DNA from: Bdellovibrionales bacterium
Lineage (GTDB): Bacteria; Bdellovibrionota; Bdellovibrionia; Bdellovibrionales; UBA1609
Direction of reading: 5' to 3'
DNA length: 64,000 nucleotides
Assembly (NCBI GenBank): GCA_050246815.1
Contig: JBFWVI010000009.1
Span: 1 to 64,000 of the forward strand
Shown: piece after piece, positions 39,109-54,100 of the stretch
How the letters are laid out: each line of letters opens with the position of its first letter
Numbering within the stretch: the first letter of the stretch is position 1
Notes under the pieces: generated by a model
The model's input: only the letters and a program-made list of their open reading frames with translations
Told to the model about the DNA's origin: nothing
The model's database searches: none
Translations under genes and position numbers: made by a program

Positions 39109-42100
39109 ATGGTTGAACGTGGATTGATAAGCTCAATTATAACTGCTTGGAGTCGGCGCTTTGCGCCTGCGGTTTTTTTGCTTTCAGCCATTGCACTTTC
39201 GGGCTGTAAACTAGAAACCAATATAAAAGACCTGACTGAGCCAGCATCCGACATTCCGATTTTATCCACTCAAGACGTGAGCATTACCGAAGGCACAACG
39301 GCGGCTTACTTGGTGACCATGAACCGGTCGTCCTCGATGCCGGTGGTGGTGGTTTATCAGACGCTGCCGCAAACAGCCACCAGTGGCGCGGACTACACGG
39401 CGTTGTTTGGTTTGTTGACTATTCCTGCGGGGCAGACTTTTGGTTATCTGCCGCTAGCGGCGCTTGAAGATCCCAACTACGAAGGCAATGAAATTTTTCG
39501 TGTTGAGTTGAGTGCGGCGAGCAATGCCGTGATGGCGTCTGCGACCTTGGCCAAAAACATCACGATCCTGGACAACGAGAACCGCCCGAAAGTTTTCATT
39601 TCGGATGCGACGGTTGGAGAAGGCGGCACGCTGACGTTCAACGTGACGACGGATGTGCCGTCGGAGCTCGAGGTGGCGTTCAACTATGCTTCGGTTGCGG
39701 GATTGGATCCGGATCCGCTGATGAGAGCTTCGGCCGGGGCAGATTTTACGAGTGTGGCGGGTCGGATCACCTTGGCGGCGTTGTCGATGGCGACATCGAT
39801 CCCTGTTATTTCGCTTCAAGACATTTTGGATGAGAACGACGAGCTCTTTCATGTGACTTTGACTTCGCTTTCGAACTCGGATCCGGGTGATGTGTCAGGC
39901 CTTGGTGAGATCACGGACGATGATCTTGCACCCGTGCTGTCGGTTTCGGATTTGAGCATCAATGAAGGCGACACGGGCTCTTTGGCAGTGAGTTTGTCGG
40001 TGATCTCGGGATTGCCGGTGGTGTTTGACATCGCGACCAGCAACGGCTCCAACGTCGACCCGACGTTGAATGCGCAAGCGCCCGGTGATTACACGGCGAA
40101 GAGTTTGGTGTCGGTCACGATTGCGGCGGGGCAAGCGCAAGTGATCGTGACGTTGGTGACAATCGAAGACCTTGTGGATGAGCAAGACGAAGGGTTTTTT
40201 GCCACAGTTTCAAATGTGACCAATGCGGGCACCGGTCAGTTGATTTCAAATGTCACCATTGTTGACGATGATGGCCCACCCTTGATCTACATCACCGACA
40301 CTGCGGTTGTGGAAGGTGGAACGTTGGCATTTGTGGTGTCGTTGACCGCACCATCGGCGCTGGATGTGACCTTTAACTTTCAAAGCTTTGATGGCACGGC
40401 CACCACGGCTGACAGCGATTACACCGGCATCAACAGCGCCGGTACGATCCCCATGGGCTCTTTGACGACCCTAGTCTATGTTATCACTACAGCCGACACC
40501 AAGTACGAAGCCAACGAGACCATGACCGTGTCTTTGTCGGCGGTGGTGAACGCGGGCAATGGTGATTTACTGGCCACAGGTACGATAACCAACGATGATT
40601 CACCCCCCGGTCTTTATATTACAGATGCGGCTGTGCTTGAAGGCGAGACAGCGCACTTTGTGATTTCTTTAAGCGAGATCTCTTCGCAAGATGTGACGGT
40701 GAATTGGTTCACAGCCAATGGCACGGCAACCACGTCTGACAGCGATTACACGGGCGTGGCATCAACACTGGTCACGATTCCAGCCGGCTCTTTGACAGTT
40801 GGTGCCGCGGTTATCACCGTTGAAGACACGCGCTACGAAGCCAATGAAACTTATAACGTCAGTCTGCAAACGGCCACTGGTGCCACCATCGTGGATAACA
40901 CAGGGGTCGGCACGATCACCAATGACGATGTTTTGCCAACGATCTACATCGATGACTTGACCATGAGCGAAGGTGAGACCGGGCAGTTTGTGGTGTCGTT
41001 GTCGACTGCTGCCGGCCTGCCTGTGGTGTTTGATTGGCAAACTTTCGCCGCAACCGCCACGGCGCCTGGTGACTTTACGGCCGTGACGACCACCACCAGA
41101 ACTATCCCCGCGGGCACCTTGTTCGTGAATGTTGCCGTGATCACCACGGAAGACGCCCTGAACGAAGTGAGTGAAAATTTTCAAGTTTCATTGTCTTCTT
41201 TAACCAACGCGGCGGCCGGTGACTTGCTTGCAACCGGCACCATCACCGATGATGATGCGGCCCCCAGCCTTTATATTGTAGACGCCGCAGCCGTGAGCGA
41301 AGGTCAAACCAGCGTCTTTTGGGTGACCATGACTGCGGCCTCGGGCCTTGACGTGACCTTTAACTATCAAAGCGTCGATGGCACCGCAGTTTCAACCCAG
41401 GACTACACGGCCGTGGCCTTGACCATGGGCACGATCCCAGCGGGCAGCTTGTCGGTGGCCATCAATGTAGTGACCATCGATGACCTGGTCGATGAGACCA
41501 GCCCTGAAAACTACACCGTCACCTTAACATCTCCCACCAATGCCACCATTTCCGATGGCATCGGCCTTGGCACGATCAATGACAACGACAACCCACCCTT
41601 ACTTTATGTCCTAGACTCTTCTGTCAACGAAGGTGAAACGCTGACCTTTTATGCGACCTTGTCGCAAATTTCGGATTTAGACGTGGTGTTTAACTACACT
41701 TCATTAGACGGAACCGGTGGTGATCGGGCCCAAGCTCCTGGCGATTACACTTCGGTGTCGAACCAAACTATGACGATCCCGGCGGGTAGCCTGTCGGTGG
41801 CCATGCAGGTGGTCACAGTTGAAGATGTCACCTTTGAAGCAGACGAAAAGCTCAATATCACTTTGTCTTCTTTAAGCAACGTCACCTTAGGCGATGACGG
41901 TCTAGGCGAAGGCACGATCTTAAATGATGACGCTGGCCCCTTGATCTTTATCGGCGATGCCAGTGTGACCGAAGGTCAAACAGCGGTGTTTGCGGTGACG
42001 ATTTCTGCTTTGAGCAGCGTGGATGTGATTTTCACCTGGAACACCACAAACGACACGGCGACCGGAGGTTCGGATTACACGGCAGTCGGTGCGACAGTTG

Positions 42101-45100
42101 TGACGATCCCGGCCGGCAGTTTAACCACGGCCGTGAGTGTTGTGACAATAGATGATGTGGTGGCGGCAGAGCCGGCCGAGACCTTCAACGTGACGTTGAC
42201 CGGTTTAACGAACGTGAACTCTGGCGACATCAACGGTGTTGGCACTATTAACGATAACGACACGTCGACGCTTTATATCGGCGATGCCTCTGTGACCGAA
42301 GGTGGCACGCTGATTTTTGCGGTGACTTTATCTTTGGCCACGGGCGTGGATGTGACATTTAACTTTCAAACGGTGGATGGCACGGCGACGACAGCAGACA
42401 GCGATTACACCTCGATTGCATTGACTGCGATGACGATCCCAGCGGGAAGTTTGACCAGCTTCTTGGCTGTTGTGACCGCTGCGGACACGAAGTATGAAAA
42501 CAATGAAACGCTGAACGTGACGTTAACGTCAGCGGTGAACGCCGGCGCTGGTGACATGAACGGCGTGGGTACGATCAACAATGATGATTCGGTGCCTGGG
42601 GTCTATATTAATGATGTCACGGTTATTGAAGGCGGTACGGCGAATTTCAGTATCTCTTTAAGCGCGGTCTCTGGTGTGGATGTGACTGTGAACTGGGCAA
42701 CGATTGACGGCACAGCCACCACCGCAAACAGTGATTACACGGGTGTCGGAACGACACTGGTCACGATCCCTGCAGGATCGCTCTCGGTTGTAGGCCCGGT
42801 CATCACATTGCAAGACACCCTACATGAGAACAGCGAGACCTACACAATCACGCTGACTTCGGCCACGGGTGGCACAATCGTCGATGGCTTGGGGCTTGGC
42901 ACGATCACCGACGATGACACGGCTCCGCAGTTGTCGATCTATGATTTGACGATCTTAGAGGGTGAAACCGGCCAGTTTGTGGTGAGTTTGTCGGCGCTTT
43001 CGGGGCTTGAGACCGTGTTCTCATGGCAGACGTTTTTTGGTACGGCCACGGCGCCTGATTTCACGGCTGTTTCAACCACCGTGATCACGATTCCGGCGCT
43101 CACAAGTTCGGTGCAACTGCCCTTGATCACGACTGAAGATCTTTTAAATGAAGGTGATGAGACCTTCTTGGCTTCTTTGTCGGCGGCAAGCAATGCCACG
43201 TTCTTAGATGATCTGGCCACAGGCACAATTACTGATGATGATGGTCCGCCGATGCTGTATGTGCTGGATGCGGCAAGTGTGACCGAAGGTCAAACAAGTC
43301 TGTTTTGGGTGACGCTCACGGCGGCCTCGGGCCTTGATGTGACCTTTAGCTATCGCACTTTTAATGACACGGCTGTTTCGACTCAAGATTACACTGCGGT
43401 TGGGCTGACCAGTGCGACGATCCCGGCGGGCTCTTTAAGTGTCAGCTTTAACGTGGTGACGATCGATGACACTCAAGATGAGGTTTCGCCAGAGTATTTT
43501 GATCTTTCGATTTCGGCCCCAAATAACGCGACCATTGCGGATGCTTTAGGCAAGGGCGGCATTACCGATAACGACAACCCGCCCGAGATCTTTATTGCGG
43601 ATGTCGCGGTGAGCGAAGGTGGGACGCTTGGTTTTTGGGTGACCTTGTCGGCGCTTTCAGATTTGAATGTGGATTTTAGCTATGTGACGAACGATGGTTT
43701 AGGCACAGACAAGGCCGAGGCTCCTGGCGATTACACCGCGATCACGCTGACGGCGGGTCAAATCCCGGCGGGCTCTTTAAGTCTGTTGATTAATGTGGTG
43801 ACGATTCAAGAGAGCATTTTTGAGGTGAACGAGCAGTTGACCGTCACCTTAAGTGCGCTTTCCAACGCCACTTACGGTGATGACGGCATCGCCACGGGTA
43901 CGATCACCAATGACGATGCGGGGCCAAGTATTTTCATTGGTGATGCCAGCGTGACCGAAGGTCAAACGGCGGTGTTTGCAGTGACGATTTCTGCTTTGAG
44001 CAGCGTGGATGTGATTTTCACTTGGAACACCACAAACGACACGGCGACCGGTGGTTCGGATTACACCACAGTCGGTGCGACAGTTGTGACGATCCCGGCT
44101 GGAAGCTTAACCACGGCCGTGAGTGTTGTGACAATAGATGATGTGGTGGCAGCAGAGCCGGCCGAGACCTTCAACGTGACGTTGACCGGTTTAACGAACG
44201 TGAACTCTGGCGACATCAACGGTGTTGGCACTATTAACGATAACGACACGTCGACGCTTTATATCGGCGATGCCTCTGTGACCGAAGGTGGCACGCTGAT
44301 TTTTGCGGTGACTTTATCTTTGGCCACGGGCGTGGATGTGACATTTAACTTTCAAACGGTGGATGGCACGGCGACGACAGCAGACAGCGATTACACCTCG
44401 ATTGCATTGACTGCGATGACGATCCCAGCGGGAAGTTTGACCAGCTTCTTGGCTGTTGTGACCGCTGCGGACACGAAGTATGAAAACAATGAAACGCTGA
44501 ACGTGACGTTAACGTCAGCGGTGAACGCCGGCGCTGGTGACATGAACGGCGTGGGTACGATCAACAATGATGATTCGGTGCCTGGGGTCTATATTAATGA
44601 TGTCACGGTTATTGAAGGCGGTACGGCAAATTTCAGCATCTCTTTAAGCGCGGTCTCTGGTGTGGATGTGACTGTGAATTGGGCTACGGTTGACGGCACG
44701 GCCACCACCGCAAACAGTGATTACACGGGTGTGGGAACAACACTGGTCACGATTCCTGCAGGATCGCTCTCGGTTGTAGGCCCGGTTATCACATTGCAAG
44801 ACACCCTACATGAGAACAGCGAGACCTACACAATCACGCTGACTTCGGCCGCAGGTGGCACAATCGTCGATGGCTTGGGTCTTGGCACGATCACCGACGA
44901 TGACACGGCTCCGCAGTTGTCGATCTATGATTTGACGATCTTAGAGGGTGAAACCGGCCAGTTTGTGGTGAGTTTGTCGGCGCTTTCGGGACTTGAGACC
45001 GTGTTCTCATGGCAGACGTTTTTTGGCACGGCCACGGCGCCTGATTTCACGGCTGTTTCAACCACTGTGATCACGATCCCGGCGCTCACAAGCTCGGTGC

Positions 45101-48100
45101 AACTGCCCTTGATCACGAGCGAAGATCTTTTAAATGAAGGTGATGAGACCTTCTTGGCCTCTTTGTCGGCGGCAAGCAATGCCACGTTCTTAGATGATCT
45201 GGCCACAGGCACAATTACCGATGATGATGGTCCACCGATGCTGTATGTGCTGGATGCGGCTAGCGTGACCGAGGGGCAAACAAGTCTGTTCTGGGTGACG
45301 CTCACGGCGGCCTCGGGCCTTGATGTGACCTTTAGCTATCGCACTTTTAATGACACGGCTGTTTCGACTCAAGATTACACCGCGGTTGGGCTGACCAGTG
45401 CGACGATCCCGGCGGGCTCTTTAAGTGTCAGCTTTAACGTGGTGACGATCGATGACACTCAAGATGAGGTTTCCCCAGAGTATTTTGATCTTTCGATTTC
45501 GGCCCCAAATAACGCGACCATTGCTGATGCTTTAGGCAAGGGCGGCATTGCCGATAACGACAACCCGCCTGAGATCTTTATCGCGGACGTTGCGGTGAGC
45601 GAAGGTGGGACGCTTGGTTTTTGGGTGACCTTGTCGGCAGTTTCAGATCTGAACGTGGATTTTAGCTACGTGACGAACGATGGTTTAGGCACAGACAAGG
45701 CCGAGGCTCCTGGCGATTACACGGCGATCACGCTGACAGCGGGTCAAATCCCGGCGGGCTCTTTAAGTCTGTTGATTAATGTGGTGACGATTCAAGATGT
45801 GGTGGCGGAACCCAGTGAGTTGTTGACTATGACTTTAAGTGCGCTTTCAAACGCCGCCCATGGTGATGACGGCATCGCCACGGGTACGATCAACGACAAT
45901 GACGTGGTGCCGTTCACTTGGGTGGGCACGACGGGCGATGGTTTGTGGTCGACGGCCGGTAACTGGTCAGGCCTTACGGTTCCGACGGCGGCCAATGTGG
46001 CCACATTCACAAACGTTTGTTTGGGGGCAAATTGCAATGCCACTGTGGACGTGGCGGTGGATGTACAGGGTCTCAATATGACCTCGGCTTATTCGGGCAC
46101 GATCACTCAAGCTGCAGGCGTGGCGCTGCGCACAGGAAATTCAGATTGGCTGATGGCGGGCGGTGCGTTTATCGGTTCAAGTGGTGCGATCACGATCAAC
46201 CGCGATTTCAATCAATCGGGCGGTACGTTCACGGCAGGTACGCAAACGATTGAGGTGCAACGCAATTGGACGAGCACAGCCGGTGCTATGAATATGACGG
46301 GATCGACGGTGGAATTCAAGGGCGCAAGCGGCACCACAATCAATATTGGCGCACAACAATTCTATAATTTGAGTTTATTAAAAGACGCATGGACGGCCGC
46401 GGCGGCGACCGGAAGCGTCACTATAGCAAATGATTTTAGTTTAAATCAGGGGTTTAATGCATTTAACCAGGGACGAGTGACAGGCGGCACATTTGATGTC
46501 GTCAATCGTGTCAATCTAGGCCTCAATAATGGTGGCTATGGGCCTTGGGCGTTGCGGTTGGTGGGTACGGGAGCTCAAACCATCGCGGGTGGAATCGATA
46601 GCGAATCTGCATTAAACCAACTTCATATCGCGAAGCCGTCAGGCTTGGTCAGCGTCGAAGGCACGATTGGTATTGACTCAGATTTTACATATATGAGTGG
46701 CTCAACATTCAATGCCGGAACTAGCGCGATACATTTTATTAACGGCTATGGAACGCTAAGCCTAGCCTCGGATTTAGATTTTTACGACGTTAAGATCGCC
46801 AAATACCAGTATGCCAATGTGACGATTGTCGGCGCCGGTACGATGCAGGTGAATCATGACCTCACCTTGGATGCTTCAAACGTGCTATTAGGTGGGGCGC
46901 TTTTGGGCGGAAGCATTCGCGCAATGGGCAATGTCTATGCCAACAGCACGGGTGGTTACTTGGGTGGTAGCACGACAGTTTTGTATTTGGCGGGTACGGG
47001 GGCGCAAACGATCGTGGGTGGCGACGGCGACCTGCCAAGCGTTGTGATAAATTCAACAGGAACTGTTGATTTGACGGGCACATTTGCAGTGGTTGGGTCG
47101 TTTATTCATACCAACTCTGCCGGGCTAAGTGCTGGAACTTCAACTGTGTACCTGGAATCCACCGGCACATCCACAGTGAGTATGGGTGCACAGTCTTTGA
47201 ACAATGTGAATGTCAGTTCGGGCAGCGGACGTTCAATGGTGATTGCTGGGGCTTTAACGATTAACGGCAATGCGGAGCTGAGCGGTTCTGCAGGCGGTAA
47301 CACCCTAGATGGTGGCACGTTGGTGGCCAAGAAGAACGTTTCGATTACGTCGGCGGACTTTGATGGTGGCACGGCCTCGATTCTGTTGAATGGAACGGGA
47401 GCGCAAACGATCAGCAATCCAGGCGGTGGCGCCTGGACATCGGGCAAAAACTACGTGGATAAAGTAAGTGGTGCGGTGGAGCTTGCAGGTAACACCACCT
47501 TTGCATTGGCTCAAGACATGGATTTCACGTCCGGCACGATCAATATGCGTGGTTATGATTTGGGTATTCGCGACGCATTGACGATGGCCTCGGGCACAAC
47601 AATCTACACAGATTGTGGCGTCTTAACCTACAACGGTGGCTCATCCAGTTTAGGCGGCACAATCATTGACGGCACGCCAGGAGCATTATTGTCGGTGAAC
47701 GACGTGACGGTCAGCGAGTCGGCAGGCAATGCCACCTTCACGGTGACATTGGCGGCACCCTCTTGCGCACCGACAATCTTTAACTTCGCAACCGTCAACG
47801 GCACGGCCGTCCAGCCCGGTGATTACACTTCGACATCAGGCGTGGGCACAATCCCGGCCGGTCAGCAATCATGGACAACAAACGTGCCGATCATCGACGA
47901 TACGCTGTATGAAGGTGCCACCGATGAGACCTTCACATTCTCGTTGTCGGCGGTGATGGGAGCGCCTGTTTTAGATCCTTTGGGCGTGGGCTCGATCACC
48001 GACAACGATGCGCAGCCCAATATTTTCGTTAATGATGTGACCGTGACCGAAGGTCAGACGGCGAATTTTGTGATCAGCTTGTCGAACGCAACCACTTCGG

Positions 48101-51100
48101 ATGTGACCTTTACGTGGGAAACGGTGAACGGCACGGCGACTTCGGGTGCGGATTACACCGGGGTTGGTGCGACCAGCGCCACGATCGCGGCCGGCCAGTT
48201 GGCGATCACTGTCGCCGTGGTGACGACGGATGATGTGGTCTTTAGCGAGGGCGATGAAAACTACAACGTCACGTTAACTTCTATCGCTAATGCCAGTGCG
48301 GGCGACACCAACGGCGTGGGCACGATCAATGACAATGACAACGCCTTCTTGTTTATTGCGGATGCCGATGTGGTCGAAAGTGGCACGTTGCTATTCGTGG
48401 TGACAATGAGCGCTGTCAGTGGGTCTGAAGTGACCTTTAGCTTCCAATCTTACAGCGGTTTGAACTCGGTGATGGGTGGAGCCGCTGCGACCTCGGGCAC
48501 GGATTTCACCGCGATCAGCGGCACGGCCACGATCAGCGCCGGCGTATTGGCAGTGACTTTGCCTGTGGTGACCACGGTGGATGCGACTTACGAAGGCTTG
48601 GAAAATTTAAGTGTCACGATCAGCGCACCAGTGGGTGCGTCGATCACGGATAGCACAGGCCTTGGTTTCATCCACAACGACGACTGCCCAGCCACCGGCT
48701 GGTGCCAGCAGGCTTATATCAAGGCGATCAATGCGGATGCGGGCGATATCTTCGGCGAGGGCGTTTCTATAATGGATGATACCCTTGTGGTCGGCGCTCC
48801 TTACGAATTAAGCAGTCAGACCACGATTACCAATGATACCACGGCTTCATCGGATAACTCGGCCTCACAAAGCGGCGCGGCTTATGTGTACGTGCGCAGT
48901 GGCAACACATGGGTGCAGCAAGCTTATATCAAACGCGGTAAACACGATGGTTACTTTGGTCGCTCTGTTTCAATCAATGGCGACACGCTGGCCATTGGGG
49001 CCTTTCTTGACGTGAGCGGCAGCACACAAATTTTTAATGGCACGGGCATGGCCTATGATTCACCCGGAGGTGCCGAGTACGGCGCTGTCCACATCTACAA
49101 ACGAACGGGCAGCACTTGGGTACAAGAGGCCTTTATTAAAGCATCGAATTCAAGGGCTAACACTGATTTTGGCAATGGATTAAATTTGGCGAAAGACTCC
49201 TTGGTCGTGGCATCGGCCTCGGAAAGTAGCAACCAATCATATATCACCCAAGGCACAGGAAGTTCCACTGATGCTTCAAGCGCCGCGGCTGGGGCAGTTT
49301 ACATTTATAGAAGAACTGGCAACACTTGGGTACAAGAGGCTTACGTCAAGGCCAGCAATCGTAACAACAACGATCGTTTTGGTTTTGGCACGGCTTTTGA
49401 CGGCCAGACCCTGGCTGTGGGGGCGATCTATGAGGACAGCAATGGCACGGGTGTTTATAATGGCACGGGTGCTTCAGCCGATAATAGCTCGGCCGATTCT
49501 GGTGCTGTTTACGTGTATGCACGAAGCGGCACATGGGTTCAGCAAGCGTATATCAAATCTGCGTTGACCGGCGGTTCGGCGTATTTTGGTTATGATGTGG
49601 CCTTGTCCGGAGACACCTTGGTTGTCGGTGAACCGCTTGGCCGTGCCAGTGCTGTATTGATCAACGGCACGCAGGCCCCAGTGGATGAAAACGTCTATGG
49701 GACGGCGACTGTTTACAAGCGTACCGGCAGCACATGGGTACAACAAGCTATATTGAAGCCTCCGGTTCAAAACTACGCCCAAATATTTGGCGCGGCGGTA
49801 GCCATCAGTCAGGATCGTGTAGCCGTGGCTGCATACGCCGAAACAAGTTTAGAAAGCCAGGTCTTCAATGGCACAGCCGTGCCAAATCCCAATGCCGGTA
49901 CAGACGAAACTGGAGCGGTATTTGTGTATGCGCGCACAGGCAGCACGTGGGTGCAGCAGGCCACCTTAAAGCCCAGTAATCCCGATAATGTGTCTAGTTT
50001 CGGGGCGCCAGCGTACGATACGGCAACATTTTCACCTCACCGCAGTTTGGCAATTTCGGGCGATACGATTGTGGTAGGATCAAATGCCGAACGCAGCAAT
50101 CAACGTGGCATCACCAATGGTCCATGGGCATCCCTTAACCGAAGCGCGATAAGTTCTGGCGCAGCCTACGTGTTCCATTACAAGGGCGCACCTCAGGTGA
50201 CCATCCAGCAGGCCGCCACACAAGTGGATCCGGCATCCAGCTTGCCGATTGAGTTCAGTGTGGACTTCGGTAAGGCGATAAGCACCGCCACTTTCACCGA
50301 TGCAGACATCACGCAAAATGGCACAGCGACCGGCATTACCTGGTCGATTACGAATCCGTCGGGCGACAATCGCAACTTTGTGTTGCAAGCCACTGGTGGC
50401 ACGGCGGGCACATACACTCCAAGCGTGGCTGCCGGCTTAGTGACGGATGTGGATGGCAACACCAACTTGGCGTCTTCAACTGAATACGACAACAGCGTGA
50501 CGTACAATATTCCGCGCAATTTGTTTATCACCGATGCCGAAGTTGTTGAAGGCGGCACCATGGTCTTCACTGTGAGTCTTGATGGCACAGCCGGCAGTGA
50601 TGTGACATTTAACTATCAGTCGTACAGTGGTTTGAGTACTCAGTTGGGTGGAGCCGCTGCTGCACAAGGCACAGATTTTACTGCGACTAGTGGTGCTGCA
50701 ACTATTCCGATGGGCTCATTGACGTTGGCACTTTTGGTGGTGACGACAGTGGATGCGACTTATGAAGGCATGGAGAACTTAAGCTTGACCTTGAGTTCAG
50801 CAAGCGGCGCCACGATCAGCGACTCAACGGGTTTAGGCTTCATCCACAACGACGATTGCCCAACAACGGGCTGGTGCCAGCAGGCGTATTTAAAGGGCGC
50901 CACCGCCGACGCCAATGATCTGTTTGGCTATTGGACAGCAATTCACCGGGACACCGTGGTGGTCGGTGCGCCGTACGAGTCTGCGGACACGTCCTCTGTG
51001 CTAAATGGCACAGGAGGATCTTCAAGCAATGGCCGCAGCCGCACAGGTGCAGCCTACGTCTACAAGCGCACCGGTGGCACATGGGTGCAAGAAGCTTATT

Positions 51101-54100
51101 TGAAGGGTGCCACAACAGATGTAGACGACTTTTTTGGCGATACTGTGGCGATCCATGAAGACACCATCGTGGTCAGTTCTTACGGCGAGGGTTCAAGCTC
51201 AAGCACAATTGTCAACGGCACAGGCGGGTCCAGCAACAATTCGCACAGCAATGGTGGTGCAGCCTATGTGTTCAAACGAACCGGTAACACATGGGTCCGA
51301 GAAGCTTATTTGAAAGCCGGTACCCCCAAGGATTCTTCTTATTTTGGAGAAGCCGTGAGTATTCATGGCGACACTATTTTGGTCACTGCACTTTCAGACT
51401 CGAGCGGTGTCAGTGGTGTGCTCAATGGCACGGGTGGCTCGACAGACACCTCGGTGTCTTCAGCCGGTTCGGCCTACATTTTTAAGCGCACAGGCAACAC
51501 GTGGGTGCGTGAAGCTTACTTAAAGGCAGCCAATCCAGATGCAAGCGATTATTTTGGCAGTTCTGCGGCATTGGATCGCGACACGGCCGTGATTACGGCC
51601 GCGTGGGAGAGCAGTGGCACAAGTACCGTCCTGAATGGCACAGGAGGCTCTGCAGATAATTCTGTCAACCAAGTTGGCGCGGCTTATGTGTTTAAGCGCA
51701 CAGGCAACACGTGGGTGCAAGAAGCCTATCTGAAACCTTATACGGCAATCGTGGCCTACATGTTTGGTCAATATGACACTGCCATCAGCGGTGACACGAT
51801 TGCCATTGGCGCGAATGGCGACAGCAGCAACGCGACGGGCATTACTCACGGGACGGGTGGGCCTGCCGACACTTCGGGTTCAAGCTATTCAGGCGCGGTT
51901 TATATCTTCAAACGCACGGGCAGTACATGGGCGCGTCAAGCCTTTATCAAAGCCACAAACGCAGGGTCTTGGGATCAGCTGGGTAGCTGGGTTTCTTTGT
52001 CGGGCGATTTGTTGGCGGCGGGTGCTGATAGCGAGGACAGCTATCAGAGTCTGGTTTCCAGCGGAACCTTGGCTTCGTCCACCAATGACGGAACAGATAT
52101 TGGTGCTGCATATATTTTCCGTCGTACGGGCAATACTTGGGTACAGGATGCATATATTAAACCTTCAAATGGTGATACGGGCGACTTATTCGCGAGTGTT
52201 CGAATTGATGGTGACACCTTGGTGGTTGGTGCAAGAGGGGAATCCTCTAATTTGACGGGTGTGATCAACGGCCCGTACGCTTCGATCAACAACAGTGCCG
52301 TCAGTTCTGGCGCAGCCTACGTGTTCCATTACAAGGGCGCGCCTCAGGTGACCATCCAGCAGGCCGCCACACAAGTGGATCCGGCATCCAGCTTGCCGAT
52401 TGAGTTCAGTGTGGACTTCGGTAAGGCGATAAGCACCGCCACTTTCACCGATGCAGACATCACGCAAAATGGCACAGCGACCGGCATTACCTGGTCGATT
52501 ACGAATCCGTCGGGCGACAATCGCAACTTTGTGTTGCAAGCCACTGGTGGCACGGCGGGCACATACACTCCAAGCGTGGCTGCCGGCTTAGTGACGGATG
52601 TGGATGGCAACACCAACTTGGCGTCTTCAACTGAATACGACAACAGCGTGACGTACAATATTCCGCGCAATTTGTTTATCACCGATGCCGAAGTTGTTGA
52701 AGGCGGCACCATGGTCTTCACTGTGAGTCTTGATGGCACAGCCGGCAGTGATGTGACATTTAACTATCAGTCGTACAGTGGTTTGAGTACTCAGTTGGGT
52801 GGAGCCGCTGCTGCACAAGGCACAGATTTTACTGCGACTAGTGGTGCTGCAACTATTCCGATGGGCTCATTGACGTTGGCACTTTTGGTGGTGACGACAG
52901 TGGATGCGACTTATGAAGGCATGGAGAACTTAAGCTTGACCTTGAGTTCAGCAAGCGGCGCCACGATCAGCGACTCAACGGGTTTAGGCTTCATCCACAA
53001 CGACGATTGCCCAACAACGGGCTGGTGCCAGCAAGCCTATATGAAAGTGCAGTGGGGTAAGCGCCTGGGCGAGTCGACGTCGGTCCATAATGACACGGTT
53101 GTTGTGGGTGCGACCACTCACAGCGGCACAGATTCTGGCGTGATCAATGGTACAGGGATGCCCGGCGACAGTGCACCGCTTAACTCAGGAATGGCTGTTG
53201 TGTACGCTCGCAGCGGCAGCACCTGGGTTCGTCAGGCCACTTTGTTGCCGCCGGCCCCTGACACTTTTGACTATTTCGGTCGAAAAGTCCGAGTGTCTGG
53301 CAATACTGCGGTGATGAGCACGGGTGATGAAGACAGTTTGGCTACTGGCGTGATCAACGGCACGGGCGCGGCGTTTAACGAAGGCGCCAGCGCATCGGGT
53401 GCGGCCCTAGTTTACAAAAGAACCGGTAACACTTGGGTGCAAGAGGCTTATCTAAAAGCCAGCAATGCGGAAGCGGATGACGGCTTTGGTTTTGCCATTG
53501 ATCTAGACGAAGATACGGTCGTTGTTGGCGCTTACAAAGAAGACAGCTCCGTGACCGGAATCACGGCCGGCACTGGCGGTTCAAGCGACAACACAGCCGC
53601 CGATGCTGGCGCTGTCTATGTCTTTAAACGCACCGGCAACACTTGGGTGCAAGAAGCTTTCTTGAAGGCCAACAACACGGGGGCAGACGACCAATTTGGT
53701 TACAGCGTGGCCGTTTCGCAAAATACGGTTGTGGTGACAGCTCCGAATGAGGATTCGAGCTTAACGGGTGTTTCAAATGGCCCCGGCTTCACCGACAACG
53801 AATTGGGCGCCAATGACGGTTCTGCCTATGTTTTTCGAAGAACAGGCAGCACTTGGGTGCAAGAGGCGATTTTGCGTTCTTCTGGTGCAGGTGGGCAGCT
53901 CTTCTTTGGTAATGATATCGATATCAGCGCCGATTCGATCATTGTTGCCAACTACTTGGATTACAGCGACGAAACCGGTGTTAAAAACGGCACCGACGGT
54001 CCGATCAATTCAGATGCCTCAGCTTCTGGCGCGGCCTACATCTTTAAACGAACCGGTCTGACTTGGGTTCAAGAATCTTACCTCAAAGCCGGTAACAGTG

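Noticed and set aside
41944..53033. Possible diversity-generating retroelement (template/variable repeat pair) in the giant gene
   Set aside because: No reverse transcriptase is present. The repeats are long, in-frame and coding, and the differences are mostly synonymous and not adenine-specific.
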